Of a stretch of 64,000 nucleotides of DNA, positions 30,001 to 45,000 are shown piece after piece. The notes beneath the pieces were generated by a model, which was given only the letters and a program-made list of their open reading frames with translations, was not told the DNA's origin and ran no database searches. Numbering within the stretch: the stretch's first letter is position 1; each line of letters opens with the position of its first letter. Origin of the DNA: Nemertoderma westbladi (taxonomy: Eukaryota > Animalia > Xenacoelomorpha); NCBI GenBank assembly GCA_032718475.1, contig JAUCBJ010001695.1, positions 20,287 to 84,286 on the forward strand, given 5' to 3'. Made by a program: the position numbers and the translations under genes.

Positions 30001-33000
30001 CCCCACTAATAGAACATAGGCGAACGACGCACCAGTTAGGTAAACATCTGCCCCACTAATAACATAGGCGAACGACGCACCAGTTAGGTAAACATCTGCC
30101 CCACTAATAGAACATAGGCGAACGACGCACCAGTTAGGTAAACATCTGCCCCACTAATAGAACATAGGCGAACGGCGCACCAGTTAGGAAAATATCTGCC
30201 CCACTAATAGAACATAGGCGAACGGCGCACCAGTTAGGAAAACATCTGCCCCACTAATAGAACATAATCGAACGGCGCACCAGTTAGGAAAACATCTGCC
30301 CCACTAATAGAACATAGGCGAACGGCGCACCAGTTAGGTAAACATCTGCCCCACTAATAGAACATAGGCGAACGACGCACCAGTTAGGTAAACATCTGCC
30401 CCACTAATAGAACATAGGCGAACGACGCACCAGTTAGGAAAATATCTGCCCCACTAATAGAACATAGGCGAACGGCGCACCAGTTAGGAAAACATCTGCC
30501 CCACTAATAGAACATAATCGAACGGCGCACCAGTTAGGAAAACATCTGCCCCACTAATAGAACATAGGCGAACGGCGCACCAGTTAGGAAAACATCTGCC
30601 CCACTAATAGAACATAGCGAACGGCGCACCAGTTAGGTAAACATCTGCCCCACTAATAACATAGGCGAACGACGCACCAGTTAGGTAAACATCTGCCCCA
30701 CTAATAGAACATTGGCGAACGGCGCACCAGTTAGGTAAACATCTGCCCCACTAATAGAACATAATCGAACGGCGCACCAGTTAGGAAAATATCTGCCCCA
30801 CTAATAGAACATAGGCGAAAGACGCACCAGTTAGGAAAACATCTGCCCCACTAATAGAACATAGCGAACGACGCACCAGTTAGGTAAACATCTGCCCCAC
30901 TAATAGAACATAGGCGAACGACGCACCAGTTAGGTAAACATCTGCCCCACTAATAACATAGGCGAACGACGCACCAGTTAGGTAAACATCTGCCCCACTA
31001 ATAGAACATAGGCGAACGACGCACCAGTTAGGTAAACATCTGCCCCACTAATAGAACATAGGCGAACGGCGCACCAGTTAGGAAAATATCTGCCCCACTA
31101 ATAGAACATAGGCGAACGGCGCACCAGTTAGGAAAACATCTGCCCCACTAATAGAACATAATCGAACGGCGCACCAGTTAGGAAAACATCTGCCCCACTA
31201 ATAGAACATAGGCGAACGGCGCACCAGTTAGGAAAACATCTGCCCCACTAATAGAACATAGCGAACGGCGCACCAGTTAGGTAAACATCTGCCCCACTAA
31301 TAACATAGGCGAACGACGCACCAGTTAGGTAAACATCTGCCCCACTAATAGAACATTGGCGAACGGCGCACCAGTTAGGTAAACATCTGCCCCACTAATA
31401 GAACATAATCGAACGGCGCACCAGTTAGGAAAACATCTGCCCCACTAATAGAACATAATCGAACGGCGCACCAGTTAGGTAAACATCTGCCCCACTAATA
31501 GAACATAGCGAACGGCGCACCAGTTAGGAAAACATCTGCCCCACTAATAGAACATAATCGAACGGCGCACCAGTTAGGAAAACATCTGCCCCACTAATAG
31601 AACATAATCGAACGGCGCACCAGTTAGGAAAACATCTGCCCCACTAATAGAACATAGCGAACGACGCACCAGTTAGGAAAACATCTGCCCCACTAATAGA
31701 ACATAGCGAACGACGCACCAGTTAGGAAAACATCTGCCCCACTAATAGAACATAATCGAACGGCGCACCAGTTAGGAAAACATCTGCCCCACTAATAGAA
31801 CATAGCGAACGGCGCACCAGTTAGGTAAACATCTGCCCCACTAATAGAACATAATCGAACGGCGCACCAGTTAGGAAAACATCTGCCCCACTAATAGAAC
31901 ATAGCGAACGGCGCACCAGTTAGGTAAACATCTGCCCCACTAATAGAACATAGCGAACGACGCACCAGTTAGGAAAACATCTGCCCCACTAATAGAACAT
32001 AATCGAACGGCGCACCAGTTAGGAAAACATCTGCCCCACTAATAGAACATAGCGAACGACGCACCAGTTAGGTAAACATCTGCCCCACTAATAGAACATA
32101 GGCGAACGACGCACCAGTTAGGAAAACATCTGCCCCACTAATAGAACATAATCGAACGGCGCACCAGTTAGGAAAACATCTGCCCCACTAATAGAACATA
32201 GCGAACGACGCACCAGTTAGGAAAACATCTGCCCCACTAATAGAACATAATCGAACGGCGCACCAGTTAGGAAAACATCTGCCCCACTAATAGAACATAG
32301 ACGGACGACGCACCAGTTAGGAAAACATCTGCCCCACTAATAGAACATAGACGAACGACGCACCAGTTAGGTAAACATCTGCCCCACTAATAGAACATAG
32401 CGAACGACGCACCAGTTAGGAAAACATCTGCCCCACTAATAGAACATAATCGAACGGCGCACCAGTTAGGTAAATATCTGCCCCACTAATAGAACATAGC
32501 GAACGACGCACCAGTTAGGAAAACATCTGCCCCACTAATAGAACATAATCGAACGGCGCACCAGTTAGGTAAACATCTGCCCCACTAATAGAACATAGGC
32601 GAACGACGCACCAGTTAGGTAAACATCTGCCCCACTAATAGAACATAATCGAACGGCGCACCAGTTAGGAAAACATCTGCCCCACTAATAGAACATAGCG
32701 AACGACGCACCAGTTAGGAAAACATCTGCCCCACTAATAGAACATAGGCGGACGGCGCACCAGTTAGGTAAACATCTGCCCCACTAATAGAACATAGGCG
32801 AACGACGCACCAGTTAGGTAAACATCTGCCCCACTAATAGAACATAATCGAACGGCGCACCAGTTAGGAAAACATCTGCCCCACTAATAGAACATAGCGA
32901 ACGACGCACCAGTTAGGTAAACATCTGCCCCACTAATAGAACATAATCGAACGGCGCACCAGTTAGGTAAACATCTGCCCCACTAATAGAACATAATCGA

Positions 33001-36000
33001 ACGGCGCACCAGTTAGGAAAACATCTGCCCCACTAATAGAACATAGCGAACGGCGCACCAGTTAGGTAAACATCTGCCCCACTAATAGAACATAGGCGAA
33101 CGACGCACCAGTTAGGTAAACATCTGCCCCACTAATAGAACATAGGCGAACGACGCACCAGTTAGGTAAACATCTGCCCCACTAATAGAACATAGGCGAA
33201 CGACGCACCAGTTAGGAAAACATCTGCCCCACTAATAGAACATAATCGAACGGCGCACCAGTTAGGAAAACATCTGCCCCACTAATAGAACATAGCGAAC
33301 GACGCACCAGTTAGGAAAACATCTGCCCCACTAATAGAACATAGCGAACGACGCACCAGTTAGGAAAACATCTGCCCCACTAATAGAACATAATCGAACG
33401 GCGCACCAGTTAGGAAAACATCTGCCCCACTAATAGAACATAGCGAACGACGCACCAGTTAGGAAAACATCTGCCCCACTAATAGAACATAGCGAACGAC
33501 GCACCAGTTAGGAAAACATCTGCCCCACTAATAGAACATAATCGAACGGCGCACCAGTTAGGAAAACATCTGCCCCACTAATAGAACATAGCGAACGACG
33601 CACCAGTTAGGAAAACATCTGCCCCACTAATAGAACATAGCGAACGACGCACCAGTTAGGAAAACATCTGCCCCACTAATAGAACATAATCGAACGGCGC
33701 ACCAGTTAGGAAAACATCTGCCCCACTAATAGAACATAGCGAACGACGCACCAGTTAGGAAAACATCTGCCCCACTAATAGAACATAATCGAACGGCGCA
33801 CCAGTTAGGAAAACATCTGCCCCACTAATAGAACATAGGCGAACGACGCACCAGTTAGGAAAACATCTGCCCCACTAATAGAACATAATCGAACGGCGCA
33901 CCAGTTAGGAAAACATCTGCCCCACTAATAGAACATAGCGAACGACGCACCAGTTAGGAAAACATCTGCCCCACTAATAGAACATAATCGAACGGCGCAC
34001 CAGTTAGGAAAACATCTGCCCCACTAATAGAACATAGACGGACGACGCACCAGTTAGGAAAACATCTGCCCCACTAATAGAACATAGACGAACGACGCAC
34101 CAGTTAGGTAAACATCTGCCCCACTAATAGAACATAGCGAACGACGCACCAGTTAGGAAAACATCTGCCCCACTAATAGAACATAATCGAACGGCGCACC
34201 AGTTAGGTAAATATCTGCCCCACTAATAGAACATAGCGAACGGCGCACCAGTTAGGAAAACATCTGCCCCACTAATAGAACATAGCGAACGGCGCACCAG
34301 TTAGGTAAACATCTGCCCCACTAATAGAACATAGCGAACGGCGCACCAGTTAGGAAAACATCTGCCCCACTAATAGAACATAATCGAACGGCGCACCAGT
34401 TAGGTAAACATCTGCCCCACTAATAGAACATAGGCGAACGACGCACCAGTTAGGTAAACATCTGCCCCACTAATAGAACATAGCGAACGACGCACCAGTT
34501 AGGAAAACATCTGCCCCACTAATAGAACATAATCGAACGGCGCACCAGTTAGGAAAACATCTGCCCCACTAATAGAACATAGCGAACGACGCACCAGTTA
34601 GGAAAACATCTGCCCCACTAATAGAACATAGGCGGACGGCGCACCAGTTAGGTAAACATCTGCCCCACTAATAGAACATAGGCGAACGACGCACCAGTTA
34701 GGTAAACATCTGCCCCACTAATAGAACATAATCGAACGGCGCACCAGTTAGGAAAACATCTGCCCCACTAATAGAACATAGCGAACGGCGCACCAGTTAG
34801 GTAAACATCTGCCCCACTAATAGAACATAATCGAACGGCGCACCAGTTAGGTAAACATCTGCCCCACTAATAGAACATAATCGAACGGCGCACCAGTTAG
34901 GAAAACATCTGCCCCACTAATAGAACATAGCGAACGGCGCACCAGTTAGGTAAACATCTGCCCCACTAATAGAACATAGGCGAACGACGCACCAGTTAGG
35001 TAAACATCTGCCCCACTAATAGAACATAGGCGAACGACGCACCAGTTAGGTAAACATCTGCCCCACTAATAGAACATAGCGAACGACGCACCAGTTAGGT
35101 AAACATCTGCCCCACTAATAGAACATAATCGAACGGCGCACCAGTTAGGTAAACATCTGCCCCACTAATAGAACATAGGCGAACGACGCACCAGTTAGGT
35201 AAACATCTGCCCCACTAATAGAACATAATCGAACGGCGCACCAGTTAGGAAAACATCTGCCCCACTAATAGAACATAATCGAACGGCGCACCAGTTAGGT
35301 AAACATCTGCCCCACTAATAGAACATAGGCGAACGACGCACCAGTTAGGTAAACATCTGCCCCACTAATAGAACATAATCGAACGGCGCACCAGTTAGGA
35401 AAACATCTGCCCCACTAATAGAACATAGGCGAACGTCGCACCAGTTAGGTAAACATCTGCCCCACTAATAGAACATAGGCGAACGACGCACCAGTTAGGT
35501 AAACATCTGCCCCACTAATAGAACATAATCGAACGGCGCACCAGTTAGGTAAACATCTGCCCCACTAATAGAACATAATCGAACGGCGCACCAGCTAGGA
35601 AAACATCTGCCCCACTAATAGAACATAGGCGAACGACGCACCAGTTAGGTAAACATCTGCCCCACTAATAGAACATAATCGAACGGCGCACCAGTTAGGA
35701 AAACATCTGCCCCACTAATAGAACATAATCGAACGGCGCACCAGCTAGGAAAACATCTGCCCCACTAATAGAACATAGCGAACGGCGCACCAGTTAGGAA
35801 AACATCTGCCCCACTAATAGAACATAATCGAACGGCGCACCAGTTAGGAAAACATCTGCCCCACTAATAGAACATAGGCGAACGTCGCACCAGTTAGGTA
35901 AACATCTGCCCCACTAATAGAACATAGGCGAACGACGCACCAGTTAGGTAAACATCTGCCCCACTAATAGAACATAATCGAACGGCGCACCAGTTAGGAA

Positions 36001-39000
36001 AACATCTGCCCCACTAATAGAACATAGCGAACGACGCACCAGTTAGGAAAACATCTGCCCCACTAATAGAACATAGCGAACGACGCACCAGTTAGGAAAA
36101 CATCTGCCCCACTAATAGAACATAGCGAACGACGCACCAGTTAGGAAAACATCTGCCCCACTAATAGAACATAGCGAACGACGCACCAGTTAGGAAAACA
36201 TCTGCCCCACTAATAGAACATAGGCGAACGGCGCACCAGTTAGGTAAACATCTGCCCCACTAATAGAACATAATCGAACGGCGCACCAGTTAGGAAAACA
36301 TCTGCCCCACTAATAGAACATAGGCGAACGGCGCACCAGTTAGGAAAACATCTGCCCCACTAATAGAACATAGGCGAACGGCGCACCAGTTAGGAAAACA
36401 TCTGCCCTACTAATAACATAGGCGAACGGCGCACCAGTTAGGAAAACATCTGCCCCACTAATAGAACATAGCGAACGACGCACCAGTTAGGAAAACATCT
36501 GCCCCACTAATAGAACATAGACGGACGGCGCACCAGTTAGGAAAACATCTGCCCCACTAATAGAACATAGGCGAACGGCGCACCAGTTAGGTAAACATCT
36601 GCCCCACTAATAGAACATAGGCGAACGGCGCACCAGTTAGGTAAACATCTGCCCCACTAATAGAACATAGGCGAACGACGCACCAGTTAGGAAAACATCT
36701 GCCCCACTAATAGAACATAGCGAACGACGCACCAGTTAGGAAAACATCTGCCCCACTAATAGAACATAGCGAACGACGCACCAGTTAGGAAAACATCTGC
36801 CCCACTAATAGAACATAGCGAACGGCGCACCAGTTAGGTAAACATCTGCCCCACTAATAGAACATAGCGAACGGCGCACCAGTTAGGTAAACATCTGCCC
36901 CACTAATAGAACATAGCGAACGACGCACCAGTTAGGAAAACATCTGCCCCACTAATAGAACATAGCGAACGACGCACCAGTTAGGAAAACATCTGCCCCA
37001 CTAATAGAACATAGCGAACGGCGCACCAGTTAGGTAAACATCTGCCCCACTAATAGAACATAGCGAACGGCGCACCAGTTAGGAAAACATCTGCCCCACT
37101 AATAGAACATAGACGGACGGCGCACCAGTTAGGAAAACATCTGCCCCACTAATAGAACATAGGCGAACGGCGCACCAGTTAGGTAAACATCTGCCCCACT
37201 AATAGAACATAGGCGAACGGCGCACCAGTTAGGAAAACATCTGCCCCACTAATAGAACATAGGCGAACGGCGCACCAGTTAGGTAAACATCTGCCCCACT
37301 AATAGAACATAGGCGAACGGCGCACCAGTTAGGAAAACATCTGCCCCACTAATAGAACATAGGCGAACGGCGCACCAGTTAGGAAAACATCTGCCCTACT
37401 AATAGAACATAGACGGACGGCGCACCAGTTAGGAAAACATCTGCCCCACTAATAGAACATAATCGAACGGCGCACCAGTTAGGAAAACATCTGCCCCACT
37501 AATAGAACATAGGCGAACGACGCACCAGTTAGGTAAACATCTGCCCCACTAATAGAACATAGGCGAACGGCGCACCAGTTAGGTAAACATCTGCCCCACT
37601 AATAGAACATAGGCGAACGGCGCACCAGTTAGGTAAACATCTGCCCCACTAATAGAACATAGCGAACGGCGCACCAGTTAGGTAAACATCTGCCCCACTA
37701 ATAGAACATAGGCGAACGACGCACCAGTTAGGAAAACATCTGCCCCACTAATAGAACATAGCGAACGACGCACCAGTTAGGAAAACATCTGCCCCACTAA
37801 TAGAACATAGCGAACGGCGCACCAGTTAGGTAAACATCTGCCCCACTAATAGAACATAGGCGAACGACGCACCAGTTAGGAAAACATCTGCCCCACTAAT
37901 AGAACATAGGCGAACGGCGCACCAGTTAGGTAAACATCTGCCCCACTAATAGAACATAGGCGAACGGCGCACCAGTAAGGAAAACATCTGCCCAACTAAT
38001 AGAACATAGCGAACGACGCACCAGTTAGGTAAACATCTGCCCCACTAATAGAACATAGGCGAACGACGCACCAGTTAGGTAAACATCTGCCCCACTAATA
38101 ACATAGGCGAACGGCGCACCAGTTAGGAAAACATCTGCCCCACTAATAGAACATAGCGAACGGCGCACCAGTTAGGAAAACATCTGCCCCACTAATAGAA
38201 CATAGCGAACGGCGCACCAGTTAGGAAAACATCTGCCCCACTAATAGAACATAGCGAACGACGCACCAGTTAGGTAAACATCTGCCCCACTAATAGAACA
38301 TAGCGAACGACGCACCAGTTAGGAAAACATCTGCCCCACTAATAGAACATAGCGAACGACGCACCAGTTAGGTAAACATCTGCCCCACTAATAGAACATA
38401 GGCGAACGACGCACCAGTTAGGAAAACATCTGCCCCACTAATAACATAGGCGAACGACGCACCAGTTAGGTAAACATCTGCCCCACTAATAGAACATAGG
38501 CGAACGACGCACCAGTTAGGTAAACATCTGCCCCACTAATAGAACATAGGCGAACGGCGCACCAGTTAGGAAAATATCTGCCCCACTAATAGAACATAGG
38601 CGAAAGACGCACCAGTTAGGAAAACATCTGCCCCACTAATAGAACATAGCGAACGACGCACCAGTTAGGTAAACATCTGCCCCACTAATAGAACATAGGC
38701 GAACGACGCACCAGTTAGGTAAACATCTGCCCCACTAATAACATAGGCGAACGACGCACCAGTTAGGTAAACATCTGCCCCACTAATAGAACATAGGCGA
38801 ACGACGCACCAGTTAGGTAAACATCTGCCCCACTAATAGAACATAGGCGAACGGTGCACCAGTTAGGAAAATATCTGCCCCACTAATAGAACATAGGCGA
38901 ACGACGCACCAGTTAGGTAAACATCTGCCCCACTAATAACATAGGCGAACGACGCACCAGTTAGGTAAACATCTGCCCCACTAATAGAACATAGGCGAAC

Positions 39001-42000
39001 GGCGCACCAGTTAGGAAAATATCTGCACCACTAATTGAACATAGGCGAACGACGCACCAGTTAGGTAAACATCTGCCCCACTAATAGAACATAGGCGAAA
39101 GACGCACCAGTTAGGAAAATATCTGCCCCACTAATAGAACATAGGCGAACGACGCACCAGTTAGGTAAACATCTGCCCCACTAATAGAACATAGGCGAAC
39201 GACGCACCAGTTAGGTAAACATCTGCCCCACTAATAGAACATAGGCGAACGGCGCACCAGTTAGGAAAATATCTGCCCCACTAATAGAACATAGGCGAAA
39301 GACGCACCAGTTAGGAAAACATCTGCCCCACTAATAGAACATAGCGAACGACGCGCCAGTTAGGTAAACATCTGCCCCACTAATAGAACATAGGCGAACG
39401 ACGCACCAGTTAGGTAAACATCTGCCCCACTAATAACATAGGCGAACGACGCACCAGTTAGGTAAACATCTGCCCCACTAATAGAACATAGGCGAACGAC
39501 GCACCAGTTAGGTAAACATCTGCCCCACTAATAGAACATAGGCGAACGGCGCACCAGTTAGGAAAATATCTGCCCCACTAATAGAACATAGGCGAACGAC
39601 GCACCAGTTAGGTAAACATCTGCCCCACTAATAACATAGGCGAACGACGCACCAGTTAGGTAAACATCTGCCCCACTAATAGAACATTGGCGAACGGCGC
39701 ACCAGTTAGGAAAATATCTGCCCCACTAATAGAACATAGGCGAACGACGCACCAGTTAGGTAAACATCTGCCCCACTAATAGAACATAGGCGAAAGACGC
39801 ACCAGTTAGGAAAATATCTGCCCCACTAATAGAACATAGTCGAACGGCGCACCAGTTAGGAAAATATCTGCCCCACTAATAGAACATAGGCGAACGGCGC
39901 ACCAGTTAGGAAATCATCTGCCCCACTAATAGAACATAGCGAACGACGCACCAGTTAGGTAAACATCTGCCCCACTAATAGAACATAGCGAACGACGCAC
40001 CAGTTAGGTAAACATCTGCCCCACTAATAGAACATAGGCGAACGGCGCACCAGTTAGGAAAATATCTGCCCCACTAATAGAACATAGGCGAAAGACGCAC
40101 CAGTTAGGAAAACATCTGCCCCACTAATAGAACATAGCGAACGACGCACCAGTTAGGTAAACATCTGCCCCACTAATAGAACATAGGCGAACGACGCACC
40201 AGTTAGGTAAACATCTGCCCCACTAATAACATAGGCGAACGACGCACCAGTTAGGTAAACATCTGCCCCACTAATAGAACATAGGCGAACGACGCACCAG
40301 TTAGGTAAACATCTGCCCCACTAATAGAACATAGGCGAACGGTGCACCAGTTAGGAAAATATCTGCCCCACTAATAGAACATAGGCGAACGACGCACCAG
40401 TTAGGTAAACATCTGCCCCACTAATAACATAGGCGAACGACGCACCAGTTAGGTAAACATCTGCCCCACTAATAGAACATAGGCGAACGGCGCACCAGTT
40501 AGGTAAACATCTGCCCCACTAATAGAACATAGGCGAACGACGCACCAGTTAGGAAAACATCTGCCCCACTAATAGAACATAGGCGAACGGCGCACCAGTT
40601 AGGTAAACATCTGCCCCACTAATAGAACATAGGCGAACGGCGCACCAGTAAGGAAAACATCTGCCCAACTAATAGAACATAGCGAACGACGCACCAGTTA
40701 GGTAAACATCTGCCCCACTAATAGAACATAGGCGAACGACGCACCAGTTAGGTAAACATCTGCCCCACTAATAACATAGGCGAACGGCGCACCAGTTAGG
40801 AAAACATCTGCCCCACTAATAGAACATAGCGAACGGCGCACCAGTTAGGAAAACATCTGCCCCACTAATAGAACATAGCGAACGGCGCACCAGTTAGGAA
40901 AACATCTGCCCCACTAATAGAACATAGCGAACGACGCACCAGTTAGGTAAACATCTGCCCCACTAATAGAACATAGCGAACGACGCACCAGTTAGGAAAA
41001 CATCTGCCCCACTAATAGAACATAGCGAACGACGCACCAGTTAGGTAAACATCTGCCCCACTAATAGAACATAGGCGAACGACGCACCAGTTAGGAAAAC
41101 ATCTGCCCCACTAATAACATAGGCGAACGACGCACCAGTTAGGTAAACATCTGCCCCACTAATAGAACATAGGCGAACGACGCACCAGTTAGGTAAACAT
41201 CTGCCCCACTAATAGAACATAGGCGAACGGCGCACCAGTTAGGAAAATATCTGCCCCACTAATAGAACATAGGCGAAAGACGCACCAGTTAGGAAAACAT
41301 CTGCCCCACTAATAGAACATAGCGAACGACGCACCAGTTAGGTAAACATCTGCCCCACTAATAGAACATAGGCGAACGACGCACCAGTTAGGTAAACATC
41401 TGCCCCACTAATAACATAGGCGAACGACGCACCAGTTAGGTAAACATCTGCCCCACTAATAGAACATAGGCGAACGACGCACCAGTTAGGTAAACATCTG
41501 CCCCACTAATAGAACATAGGCGAACGGTGCACCAGTTAGGAAAATATCTGCCCCACTAATAGAACATAGGCGAACGACGCACCAGTTAGGTAAACATCTG
41601 CCCCACTAATAACATAGGCGAACGACGCACCAGTTAGGAAAATATCTGCACCACTAATTGAACATAGGCGAACGACGCACCAGTTAGGTAAACATCTGCC
41701 CCACTAATAGAACATAGGCGAAAGACGCACCAGTTAGGAAAATATCTGCCCCACTAATAGAACATAGGCGAACGACGCACCAGTTAGGTAAACATCTGCC
41801 CCACTAATAGAACATAGGCGAACGACGCACCAGTTAGGTAAACATCTGCCCCACTAATAGAACATAGGCGAACGGCGCACCAGTTAGGAAAATATCTGCC
41901 CCACTAATAGAACATAGGCGAAAGACGCACCAGTTAGGAAAACATCTGCCCCACTAATAGAACATAGCGAACGACGCACCAGTTAGGTAAACATCTGCCC

Positions 42001-45000
42001 CACTAATAGAACATAGGCGAACGACGCACCAGTTAGGTAAACATCTGCCCCACTAATAACATAGGCGAACGACGCACCAGTTAGGTAAACATCTGCCCCA
42101 CTAATAGAACATAGGCGAACGACGCACCAGTTAGGTAAACATCTGCCCCACTAATAGAACATAGGCGAACGGCGCACCAGTTAGGAAAATATCTGCCCCA
42201 CTAATAGAACATAGGCGAACGACGCACCAGTTAGGTAAACATCTGCCCCACTAATAACATAGGCGAACGACGCACCAGTTAGGTAAACATCTGCCCCACT
42301 AATAGAACATTGGCGAACGGCGCACCAGTTAGGAAAATATCTGCCCCACTAATAGAACATAGGCGAACGACGCACCAGTTAGGTAAACATCTGCCCCACT
42401 AATAGAACATAGGCGAAAGACGCACCAGTTAGGAAAATATCTGCCCCACTAATAGAACATAGTCGAACGGCGCACCAGTTAGGAAAATATCTGCCCCACT
42501 AATAGAACATAGGCGAACGGCGCACCAGTTAGGAAATCATCTGCCCCACTAATAGAACATAGCGAACGACGCACCAGTTAGGTAAACATCTGCCCCACTA
42601 ATAGAACATAGCGAACGACGCACCAGTTAGGTAAACATCTGCCCCACTAATAGAACATAGGCGAACGGCGCACCAGTTAGGAAAATATCTGCCCCACTAA
42701 TAGAACATAGGCGAAAGACGCACCAGTTAGGAAAACATCTGCCCCACTAATAGAACATAGCGAACGACGCACCAGTTAGGTAAACATCTGCCCCACTAAT
42801 AGAACATAGGCGAACGACGCACCAGTTAGGTAAACATCTGCCCCACTAATAACATAGGCGAACGACGCACCAGTTAGGTAAACATCTGCCCCACTAATAG
42901 AACATAGGCGAACGACGCACCAGTTAGGTAAACATCTGCCCCACTAATAGAACATAGGCGAACGGTGCACCAGTTAGGAAAATATGTGCCCCACTAATAG
43001 AACATAGGCGAACGACGCACCAGTTAGGTAAACATCTGCCCCACTAATAACATAGGCGAACGACGCACCAGTTAGGTAAACATCTGCCCCACTAATAGAA
43101 CATAGGCGAACGGCGCACCAGTTAGGAAAATATCTGCACCACTAATTGAACATAGGCGAACGACGCACCAGTTAGGTAAACATCTGCCCCACTAATAGAA
43201 CATAGGCGAAAGACGCACCAGTTAGGAAAATATCTGCCCCACTAATAGAACATAGGCGAACGACGCACCAGTTAGGTAAACATCTGCCCCACTAATAGAA
43301 CATAGGCGAACGACGCACCAGTTAGGTAAACATCTGCCCCACTAATAGAACATAGGCGAACGGCGCACCAGTTAGGAAAATATCTGCCCCACTAATAGAA
43401 CATAGGCGAAAGACGCACCAGTTAGGAAAACATCTGCCCCACTAATAGAACATAGCGAACGACGCACCAGTTAGGTAAACATCTGCCCCACTAATAGAAC
43501 ATAGGCGAACGACGCACCAGTTAGGTAAACATCTGCCCCACTAATAACATAGGCGAACGACGCACCAGTTAGGTAAACATCTGCCCCACTAATAGAACAT
43601 AGGCGAACGACGCACCAGTTAGGTAAACATCTGCCCCACTAATAGAACATAGGCGAACGGCGCACCAGTTAGGAAAATATCTGCCCCACTAATAGAACAT
43701 AGGCGAACGACGCACCAGTTAGGTAAACATCTGCCCCACTAATAACATAGGCGAACGACGCACCAGTTAGGTAAACATCTGCCCCACTAATAGAACATTG
43801 GCGAACGGCGCACCAGTTAGGAAAATATCTGCCCCACTAATAGAACATAGGCGAACGACGCACCAGTTAGGTAAACATCTGCCCCACTAATAGAACATAG
43901 GCGAAAGACGCACCAGTTAGGAAAATATCTGCCCCACTAATAGAACATAGTCGAACGGCGCACCAGTTAGGAAAATATCTGCCCCACTAATAGAACATAG
44001 GCAAACGGCGCACCAGTTAGGAAATCATCTGCCCCACTAATAGAACATAGCGAACGACGCACCAGTTAGGTAAACATCTGCCCCACTAATAGAACATAGC
44101 GAACGACGCACCAGTTAGGCAAACATCTGCCCCACTAATAGAACATAGCGAACGGCGCACCAGTTAGGTAAACATCTGCCCCACTAATAGAACATAGCGA
44201 ACGACGCACCAGTTAGGAAAACATCTGCCCCACTAATAGAACATAGCGAACGACGCACCAGTTAGGAAAACATCTGCCCCACTAATAGAACATAGCGAAC
44301 GACGCACCAGTTAGGTAAACATCTGCCCCACTAATTGAACATAGGCGAACGGCGCACCAGTTAGGTAAACATCTGCCCCACGAATAGAACATAGATGAAC
44401 GACGCACCAGTTAGGTAAACATCTGCCCCACTATTAGAACATAGCGAAAGACGCACCAGTTAGGAAAACATCTGCCCCACTAATAGAACATAGGCGAACG
44501 GCGCACCAGTTAGGTAAACATCTGCCCCACTAATAGAACATAGATGAACGACGCACCAGTTAGGTAAACATCTGCCCCACTATTAGAACATAGCGAACGA
44601 CGCACCAGTTAGGTAAACATCTGCCCCATTAATAGAACATAGGCGAACGGCGCACCAGTTAGGAAAACATCTGCCCCACTAATAGAACATAGGCGAACGA
44701 CGCACCAGTTAGAAAAACATCTGCCCCACTAATAACATAGCGAACGACGCACCAGTTAGGAAAACATCTGCCCCACTAATAGAACATAGGCGAACGACGC
44801 ACCAGTTAGGAAAACATCTGCCCCACTAATATAACAAAGGCGAACGGCGCACCAGTTAGGTAAACATCTGCCTCACTAATAGAACATGGCGAACGACGCA
44901 CCAGTTAGGTAAACATCTGCCCCACTATTAGAACATAGCGAACGACGCACCAGTTAGGTAAACATCTGCCCCACTAATAGAACATAGGCGAACGGCGCAC

